NCBI RefSeq assembly: GCF_044324785.1
Contig: NZ_CP172127.1
Strand: one strand, 5' to 3'
DNA: 64,000 nt
DNA from: Escherichia coli
Lineage (GTDB): Bacteria > Pseudomonadota > Gammaproteobacteria > Enterobacterales > Enterobacteriaceae
Position 1 is the first letter of the stretch. Each line of letters starts with the position of its first letter. Below, piece by piece: positions 56,818-64,000 of the stretch. The position numbers and the translations under genes are program-made. Under the pieces are notes generated by a model. The model was given only the letters and a program-made list of their open reading frames with translations. It made no database searches and had not been told where the DNA came from.

Positions 56818-59800
56818 TTATTCCGGGCGCGGCTTCAGCGGGAAGCGGCGGCGCACCAGCACAAAGAACAGCGGCACGAAGTAAATAGCCAGAATAGTGG
56901 CCGAAATCATCCCGCCCATTACGCCAGTACCCACCGCATGCTGACCACCGGAACCGGCACCCGTGCTGGTTGCCATTGGCAATACGCCGAAGATAAATGC
57001 CAGCGAGGTCATCAGAATCGGGCGTAAACGCTGACGGCAGGCGTGGAGCGTCGCTTCAAACAGGTCGTGGCCTTTTTGGTTCATCTCGTTAGCAAACTCG
57101 ACGATCAGGATGGCGTTTTTCGCCGATAAACCAATGACCGTTAACAGGCCCACCTGGAAGTAAACGTCGTTTTCCAGCCCGCGCATCCAGGTTGCCAGCA
57201 GCGCGCCGATAACCCCCAGCGGCACGACCAGCATTACCGAGAACGGCACCGACCAGCTTTCATACAGCGCCGCCAGACACAGGAATACCACCAGCAAGGA
57301 AATGGCGTACAGCGCCGGAGCCTGCGCGCCGGAAAGCCGCTCCTGATACGACATCGCCGTCCACTCCAGACCAAAGCCGTTTGGCAGCTGCTTCACTAAC
57401 GATTCCATAATATCCATCGCCGTACCGGTACTGACCCCCGGTGCGGCTTCCCCTACAATCTCTACCGCAGAATAACCGTTATAGCGTTCCAGACGCGGCG
57501 AGCCTGTCTCCCAGCGTGAGGTCGCGAAAGCAGAGAAGGGCACCATGCCGCCATCTTTATTTCGGACATACCAGAGATTGATGTCATCTGGCAGCATGCG
57601 ATATGGCGCAGCTGCCTGCACATAGACTTTCTTCACGCGACCGCGATCCATAAAGTCATTCACATAGCTCGAACCCCAGGCGGTTTGCAGTGTGTCGTTA
57701 ATATCGTCGATAGCAACGCCCAGCGCCTGAGCTTTACGCTGGTCGATATCAATCTGCAACTGCGGACTGTCGTCGAGGCCGTTATGGCGCACACGGGTTA
57801 GCTCCGGGTTTTCCGCCGCCAGCGCCAGCAACTGGTTACGTGCTGCCATCAGCGCATCGTGACCTGCCCCGGCGTGGTCCTGCAACTCCATATCAAAACC
57901 CGCAGAACTGCCAAGACCGCTAATTGCTGGCGGGCTGCTGGCGATAACGCGAGCTTCTTTAATCTTGTTAAACGCCTTCGTTGCACGCTCGATAATGGCA
58001 AACGAGGTGCCGGTCTTACTGTCGCGTTCGCTCCAGTCTTTCAGGCGGATAAACATTCGCGCCACGTTTTGCCCGTTACCCCCAGGGCCAGAACCAACAG
58101 TGGCAAACACCGACATGATGTTGTCTTTTTCATGGGTGAAGTAGTATTTCTCGATTTGCTCAACGACTTTCAGGGTCTGTTGTTGGGTTGAACCGCTGGG
58201 CAACTGTACCGAGGTAGTAAACATGCCCCGGTCTTCCAGTGGCAAGAACGACGTCGGCAAACGCAGGAACAGGAACACCATGCCGCCAAGCAGCAGGACA
58301 TAAATCACAATCCAGCGCAGGCTACGGTGGAGAATTTTCGCCACCCCTTTTTCGTAGCGTTCGGCGTTGCGGTTAAACATCTGGTTAAACCAGGCAAAAA
58401 AGCCTTTTTGCCCGTGATGCTCACCTTTTTTCAGTGGCTTAAGTAGCGTGGCACACAGAGCCGGAGTGAGGATCATCGCTACCAGTACTGACAGCACCAT
58501 CGCCGCAACAATGGTAATAGAGAACTGGCGATAGATGGCACCGGTGGTGCCGCCGAAGAAGGCCATTGGCACAAATACCGCCGAAAGCACCATCGCAATC
58601 CCGACCAGTGCCCCCTGGATCTGCCCCATCGATTTACGTGTGGCTTCGCGAGGAGTGAGTCCTTCCTCACTCATAATACGTTCGACGTTTTCCACCACCA
58701 CGATGGCGTCATCCACCAGCAGACCGATCGCCAGCACCATCGCGAACATGGTTAAGGTGTTGACGCTGTAACCGAAGGCATAAAGTACGGAGAAGGTTCC
58801 CATCAACACCACCGGCACGGCGATAGTGGGTATCAGCGTGGCGCGGAAGTTTTGCAGGAACAGATACATAACGAGGAAAACCAGAGCGATAGCTTCCAGC
58901 AGCGTTTTCACCACGTCTTCAATGGAGGCTTTAACAAACGAGGTGGTTTCATACGCCACCTTGTATTCCAGTCCATGCGGGAAATACTGCGCCAGCTCGT
59001 CAAGACGATTGAGCACCAGCTCCGCTGTCGCCATTTCGTTCGCGCCGGAGGCCAGTTTTACCCCCAACCCGGAGGCTGGCTTACCATTGAAGCGGCTAAG
59101 ATAATCGTATTTCTCCGCCCCCATTTCGACGGTGGCGACATCGCCCAGCCTTACCTCTGAGCCGTCCTGATTCACCCGCAAGGTGATATCGCGGAACTGT
59201 TCTGGTGTTTGCAGCAGTGACTGGGCGTTAATGGTGGCGTTGAGCGCCTGCTTATCGACGGAAGGCGTACCACCAAGTTGCCCAACCGCAATCTGCGCGT
59301 TCTGTGACTCAATGGCATCAGTGACATCTTTAGCCGTCATCTGGAAACTGTTGAGTTTCGCCGGGTCCAGCCAGATACGCATGGAATATTGCGAACCATA
59401 GGCATCGATATCCCCAACGCCATTCACGCGGCTTAACGGATCCTGAATATTACTGGCAACGTAATCGGCAATATCCTGTTTATCCATCGAACCATCGGTA
59501 GAGACGAAGGCAATGGTCAGAATGTTGGTATCGCCGGTTTTACGCACCGTCACGCCCTGATTTTGCACTGCCTGCGGTAACTTTCGCATGGCAGATTGCA
59601 GCTGGTTTTGTACTTGCTGCACGGCTTCGTCCGGATCGGTGCCTGCTTTAAAACTTAAAGTGACAGATGCCTGACCGGTGCCGCTGCTCTGAGATGACAT
59701 ATACATCAGATTATCGAGACCGGTCATATTTTGCTCGATAACCTGGGTCACGGTGTTTTCCAGCGTCTGGGCCGATGCGCCGGGATAGTTAGCGGTCACT

Positions 59801-59931
59801 CGCACATTCGGTGGCGCGAGATCGGGGTATTGTTCAACGGGCAATGAGAAAATCGCCAGGGTCCCTGTCAGACACAACAGGATTGCCAGCACCCAGGCAA
59901 AAATGGGGCGATCAATAAAGAAATTCGCCAT
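56818..59931 (-). CDS. acrD: RND aminoglycoside efflux pump AcrD
   Basis: 1037 aa, [21 protein letters not shown]. Confidence 0.97.
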   Translation of the reverse strand: MANFFIDRPIFAWVLAILLCLTGTLAIFSLPVEQYPDLAPPNVRVTANYPGASAQTLENTVTQVIEQNMTGLDNLMYMSSQSSGTGQASVTLSFKAGTDPDEAVQQVQNQLQSAMRKLPQAVQNQGVTVRKTGDTNILTIAFVSTDGSMDKQDIADYVASNIQDPLSRVNGVGDIDAYGSQYSMRIWLDPAKLNSFQMTAKDVTDAIESQNAQIAVGQLGGTPSVDKQALNATINAQSLLQTPEQFRDITLRVNQDGSEVRLGDVATVEMGAEKYDYLSRFNGKPASGLGVKLASGANEMATAELVLNRLDELAQYFPHGLEYKVAYETTSFVKASIEDVVKTLLEAIALVFLVMYLFLQNFRATLIPTIAVPVVLMGTFSVLYAFGYSVNTLTMFAMVLAIGLLVDDAIVVVENVERIMSEEGLTPREATRKSMGQIQGALVGIAMVLSAVFVPMAFFGGTTGAIYRQFSITIVAAMVLSVLVAMILTPALCATLLKPLKKGEHHGQKGFFAWFNQMFNRNAERYEKGVAKILHRSLRWIVIYVLLLGGMVFLFLRLPTSFLPLEDRGMFTTSVQLPSGSTQQQTLKVVEQIEKYYFTHEKDNIMSVFATVGSGPGGNGQNVARMFIRLKDWSERDSKTGTSFAIIERATKAFNKIKEARVIASSPPAISGLGSSAGFDMELQDHAGAGHDALMAARNQLLALAAENPELTRVRHNGLDDSPQLQIDIDQRKAQALGVAIDDINDTLQTAWGSSYVNDFMDRGRVKKVYVQAAAPYRMLPDDINLWYVRNKDGGMVPFSAFATSRWETGSPRLERYNGYSAVEIVGEAAPGVSTGTAMDIMESLVKQLPNGFGLEWTAMSYQERLSGAQAPALYAISLLVVFLCLAALYESWSVPFSVMLVVPLGVIGALLATWMRGLENDVYFQVGLLTVIGLSAKNAILIVEFANEMNQKGHDLFEATLHACRQRLRPILMTSLAFIFGVLPMATSTGAGSGGQHAVGTGVMGGMISATILAIYFVPLFFVLVRRRFPLKPRPE

Positions 59932-60094
59932 TAAAAGAGGACCTCGTGTTTCTGCGTATCGTTGTAGGCTTGACTTGCTTCACTGTAGCGGCAAGGTACG
60001 AGCCAATCGTGGAGAAAAAAAGGAGTTAATGTAAATTATCATGCCCTTTTATACTGAACTTTAAGGGCCAGTATTCTTTGGTCAGTCGGAGGCA

Positions 60095-61795
60095 TTACAT
60101 CAGCTGGCTTTCCTCACCCTCCGCGGAGCGAAAGCTAATACTCACTAACGTGCCGCCGCCGGAAGGTTGTGAAAAAGTCAGCGTCCCACCCAGCCGTTCC
60201 GCGCGCTCGCGCATGATATTCAGACCATAATGACCTTCGGGTTCTTTCGGTTCACCGATGCCAATCCCGTTGTCTCGAATATAGACTGTGTGATTGCCGT
60301 CCGGCGCGGTGACGCAACTGACGGCGATTTCGCTGGCGTTGGCGTGCTTCATCGCATTCAGCACCGCTTCGCGAATAATTTGCAACAAATGCACCTGCAT
60401 TTGCGCATCCAGCGCCAGGGTTGGCAGGCGGCAGTCGAGGGTCAGTTTAGCGCTGGTTTGATTTTGTAACGTATCCAGCATTTCCCTCAACGCGGAGGGG
60501 AGATCTGCCTGCTGCAGCGTCAGGCGGAAAGTAGTCAACAGCTCGCGTAACTGCCGATAAGCATCATTCAACGCCTGGGAAAAATCGGCCATGATACTTT
60601 GTGCGGTGGTGTTATCTTCCGGTATCGAACGCTTAAGTAACGTCAACTGGATACGTAAGTAAGAAAGTACCTGAGCCAGCGAGTCGTGCAATTCGCGGGC
60701 GATGGTCGCACGTTCTTCCATCAACAGTAACTGCTGAAAATGCTTCTGCGCCTGATTAAAGTACAAACCGCGTCCCAGCATCGACGAAACGCTGTTAAGC
60801 AGCGGTTCTGATGATGAAACGTGACTATTTTGCCAGTGCAGTTCGCCGTAAACCGTCTCTTGCATTGTCACTGGTAAAATCTGCATCGGCAATTCCGGGT
60901 TTGGTTGCCCTTCGCTAATCCGCCAGTTTTCACCGACATTTAACTCCAGATATTCAGCCGCTTCATTGTCGCGCACAATCTGCAAAATATGGCGGAAACA
61001 ATGCACATCAATCTGGCTGGTGTTCAGCGCCTGCGAACACTGATACAACACCTCCAGGCGACGCTTGGCCTCGTGGAGGTCGCGGGTCTTTTCTTCTACT
61101 GACGCTTCCAGCGAACGGTACAATTTATGCAGCTCGCTCGACATCTGGTTAAAGGTTTTGGCAAGCAGGCCAAGCTCATTCGGCAGGCTGGTATCCAGCG
61201 GCGGCGAGTCGAACTGCCCGTGTTCAATACGCTGACTGGCGGTAACCAGCTGATTCAGCGGGGCAACCACCTGATGGCGTATGCGGCGCAAAGTAAAAAA
61301 GACCAGCGTGAAAATACCGATACCGCCAGCCAGGGAAATCGCCACTACCAGCAGCATTTTGCGTTCAGCGTAGTGCTGTAAAGCCAGCACGAACAGGTCT
61401 ATCTGATTAACATAATTATTAATATTGGCCTGATACCACGGCAAATCGCCTTTGCTGAGCCGATTATTCATCTCCAGCCAGTTGGCATTCAGATGCGCAT
61501 AGCGAGTTTTTACTGCTTCTGGCACATACCAGACGTTGAGGTTGGTTAATACCGGTGAATGCAGTGCCTGATGAAATAACTGGCGATGTGCATTGAGTTG
61601 CGGACTGCCACTTTGCAAGTCGTAGCCCAGGCGGTAACTCTGCATACGCAGCGATCCGGCAATATTGATAGCCTCAGCATCGCGCAAACTGCTCGCCAGA
61701 GTTAGCAGAGCGATACCCGTGGAAAGAATCGACAGCAGCACAATGTAAAAAAAGGCCCGGGCCAGACTGGCCGAGACGGGTCGTTTAACAATCAC
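60095..61795 (-). CDS. narQ: nitrate/nitrite sensor kinase NarQ
   Basis: 566 aa from the GTG (VIVKRPVSASL). HAMP domain, H-box ELHDSLAQ, HATPase domain. Confidence 0.95.
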   Translation of the reverse strand: MIVKRPVSASLARAFFYIVLLSILSTGIALLTLASSLRDAEAINIAGSLRMQSYRLGYDLQSGSPQLNAHRQLFHQALHSPVLTNLNVWYVPEAVKTRYAHLNANWLEMNNRLSKGDLPWYQANINNYVNQIDLFVLALQHYAERKMLLVVAISLAGGIGIFTLVFFTLRRIRHQVVAPLNQLVTASQRIEHGQFDSPPLDTSLPNELGLLAKTFNQMSSELHKLYRSLEASVEEKTRDLHEAKRRLEVLYQCSQALNTSQIDVHCFRHILQIVRDNEAAEYLELNVGENWRISEGQPNPELPMQILPVTMQETVYGELHWQNSHVSSSEPLLNSVSSMLGRGLYFNQAQKHFQQLLLMEERATIARELHDSLAQVLSYLRIQLTLLKRSIPEDNTTAQSIMADFSQALNDAYRQLRELLTTFRLTLQQADLPSALREMLDTLQNQTSAKLTLDCRLPTLALDAQMQVHLLQIIREAVLNAMKHANASEIAVSCVTAPDGNHTVYIRDNGIGIGEPKEPEGHYGLNIMRERAERLGGTLTFSQPSGGGTLVSISFRSAEGEESQLM

Positions 61796-62000
61796 ACGCG
61801 TCTTCTCCACAAAAAATCATTAATGTTCCAGCTCGCTGAAACGCAATTTAGTCAGTGATGGGATTATTTGATCTGCCACAGTTTATAGCGAAATAGTTAC
61901 TTATTCTGGGCACATGAACATTGCCGATTCCCCTGTAAGTCGGGTAATAACAACACTCATATAAAGAATAAGGTTTTTACAACCAAAAAAGAAGGTCGTT

Positions 62001-63980
62001 ATGAATCGTTTTATTATGGCCAACAGTCAGCAATGTCTGGGTTGTCATGCTTGTGAAATCGCCTGTGTCATGGCTCACAATGATGAGCAACATGTCCTGA
62101 GCCAACACCATTTTCATCCCCGAATTACGGTTATCAAACATCAGCAGCAACGTAGTGCAGTGACCTGTCACCATTGTGAAGATGCGCCCTGCGCCCGTAG
62201 CTGCCCTAATGGCGCAATCAGCCACGTTGATGACAGCATTCAGGTCAATCAGCAAAAGTGTATTGGCTGTAAATCCTGCGTGGTGGCCTGTCCATTTGGT
62301 ACGATGCAAATCGTCCTGACACCCGTCGCGGCGGGCAAAGTAAAAGCCACGGCGCATAAATGCGACCTTTGTGCAGGGCGCGAAAACGGTCCTGCCTGTG
62401 TCGAGAATTGCCCGGCGGACGCGCTGCAACTGGTCACTGACGCCGCACTCTCTGGCATGGCGAAATCCCGCCGCTTGCGTACCGCACGTCAGGAACATCA
62501 ACCGTGGCATGCCAGTACCGCGGCGCAAGAAATGCCGGTAATGAGTAAAGTCGAGCAAATGCAGGCAACGCCCGCGCGTGGCGAGCCGGACAAACTGGCG
62601 ATTGAAGCGCGCAAAACCGGTTTTGATGAAATTTATCTGCCATTCCGTGCCGATCAGGCACAACGGGAAGCCTCGCGCTGCCTTAAGTGCGGCGAGCACA
62701 GCGTTTGTGAATGGACCTGCCCGCTGCATAACCATATTCCACAGTGGATTGAACTGGTGAAAGCCGGAAACATCGACGCCGCCGTCGAGCTTTCTCACCA
62801 GACCAACACCCTGCCGGAAATTACCGGACGCGTTTGTCCGCAAGACCGTTTGTGTGAAGGTGCCTGTACTATTCGCGATGAGCACGGTGCGGTAACTATC
62901 GGCAACATTGAACGCTACATTTCAGATCAGGCGTTGGCGAAAGGTTGGCGTCCTGACTTAAGCCATGTCACCAAAGTGGACAAGCGGGTGGCGATTATCG
63001 GTGCGGGTCCGGCAGGGCTGGCCTGTGCGGATGTTCTGACCCGCAATGGCGTGGCGGTGACGGTGTACGATCGCCATCCAGAAATCGGTGGCTTGCTCAC
63101 TTTCGGCATTCCTTCTTTCAAACTGGATAAATCCCTGCTGGCACGCCGTCGGGAAATCTTCAGCGCGATGGGGATTCACTTCGAACTCAATTGTGAAGTG
63201 GGTAAAGATGTCTCTTTGGATTCGCTTTTGGAACAATACGACGCGGTCTTCGTTGGCGTAGGCACTTACCGTTCCATGAAAGCGGGTTTACCCAATGAAG
63301 ATGCGCCAGGCGTTTATGACGCGCTGCCGTTCCTCATCGCCAACACTAAACAGGTGATGGGACTCGAAGAGCTACCGGAAGAGCCGTTTATCAATACCGC
63401 CGGACTCAACGTCGTGGTACTGGGCGGCGGCGACACCGCGATGGACTGTGTGCGTACCGCGCTGCGCCACGGCGCGAGTAACGTCACCTGCGCTTATCGT
63501 CGTGATGAAGCTAACATGCCAGGCTCGAAGAAAGAGGTGAAGAACGCCCGCGAAGAGGGGGCCAACTTCGAATTTAACGTCCAGCCGGTGGCGCTTGAGC
63601 TGAATGAGCAAGGTCACGTTTGCGGGATTCGTTTCCTGCGTACGCGTCTTGGCGAGCCGGATGCCCAGGGGCGTCGGCGTCCAGTACCGGTGGAAGGCAG
63701 TGAATTTGTCATGCCAGCCGACGCGGTGATTATGGCGTTTGGCTTCAATCCACACGGGATGCCGTGGCTGGAGTCGCACGGTGTAACGGTAGACAAATGG
63801 GGCCGCATCATCGCGGATGTGGAAAGCCAGTACCGTTACCAGACCACGAATCCGAAAATCTTCGCCGGTGGTGACGCCGTGCGTGGTGCGGATCTGGTGG
63901 TTACCGCAATGGCAGAAGGACGTCATGCGGCACAGGGGATTATTGACTGGCTGGGGGTAAAATCAGTCAAATCTCACTGA
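62001..63980 (+). CDS. aegA: Fe-S/FAD oxidoreductase AegA (GltD-like)
   Basis: 659 aa with N-terminal 4Fe-4S clusters and the GAGPAGL dinucleotide fold. Confidence 0.95.
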   Translation: MNRFIMANSQQCLGCHACEIACVMAHNDEQHVLSQHHFHPRITVIKHQQQRSAVTCHHCEDAPCARSCPNGAISHVDDSIQVNQQKCIGCKSCVVACPFGTMQIVLTPVAAGKVKATAHKCDLCAGRENGPACVENCPADALQLVTDAALSGMAKSRRLRTARQEHQPWHASTAAQEMPVMSKVEQMQATPARGEPDKLAIEARKTGFDEIYLPFRADQAQREASRCLKCGEHSVCEWTCPLHNHIPQWIELVKAGNIDAAVELSHQTNTLPEITGRVCPQDRLCEGACTIRDEHGAVTIGNIERYISDQALAKGWRPDLSHVTKVDKRVAIIGAGPAGLACADVLTRNGVAVTVYDRHPEIGGLLTFGIPSFKLDKSLLARRREIFSAMGIHFELNCEVGKDVSLDSLLEQYDAVFVGVGTYRSMKAGLPNEDAPGVYDALPFLIANTKQVMGLEELPEEPFINTAGLNVVVLGGGDTAMDCVRTALRHGASNVTCAYRRDEANMPGSKKEVKNAREEGANFEFNVQPVALELNEQGHVCGIRFLRTRLGEPDAQGRRRPVPVEGSEFVMPADAVIMAFGFNPHGMPWLESHGVTVDKWGRIIADVESQYRYQTTNPKIFAGGDAVRGADLVVTAMAEGRHAAQGIIDWLGVKSVKSH

Positions 63981-64000
63981 TAGCCTGCGCAGACAAACCC

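Noticed and set aside
61977-62885. 302-aa minus-strand ORF
   Set aside because: It is antisense to aegA, whose Fe-S motifs establish the true frame.

Overview
Escherichia coli chromosome, recognised from memory as the K-12 guaA-to-aegA interval in reverse orientation. It carries two strain-specific insertions. (1) Bases 1 to about 15370 are the right arm of an integrated podovirus prophage. I recall this type as epsilon15/phiV10-like: four coupled internal-virion/ejection genes, a 2.9 kb mostly minus-strand accessory island, a tailspike with a C-terminal S74 chaperone domain, and a lysis cassette (two holin-like genes, GH19 endolysin, embedded Rz/Rz1). The prophage ends at a duplicated guaA 3' end (ATTGAGTGGGAATGA = IEWE-stop). 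(2) A 1195 bp IS5-family element with a TTAG target duplication lies between a perfect FNR box and the -10 hexamer of the pdeF (yfgF) promoter. The remainder is conserved core genome: yfgI-yfgH-yfgG, pdeF, ppx-ppk, purN-purM, upp-uraA, hda, yfgD, bepA, perM, focB, hyfR-hyfJIHGFEDCBA, bcp, gcvR, dapA-bamC, purC, ypfJ-tmcA-ypfH, ypfN, dapE-yffB, ypfM, acrD, narQ and aegA. The part most worth a second look is the accessory island at 7515-10476, which occupies the position that immI has in P22. It contains a Bro-N antirepressor and a standalone paralogue of that protein's C-terminal domain sitting behind a near-consensus LexA box. Between these two genes is a ~310 nt highly structured non-coding spacer, with a three-way junction, two hairpins displaying the identical hexaloop, and a complementary box. 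Three copies of a TTACC-N5-GGTRA inverted repeat each abut a -10-like hexamer. The island also holds an AT-rich two-gene cassette of unknown function (possibly YafO-like toxin plus small partner), a secreted mini-protein and two small membrane proteins. All functional readings of the island are inference from sequence patterns. No database search could be run.
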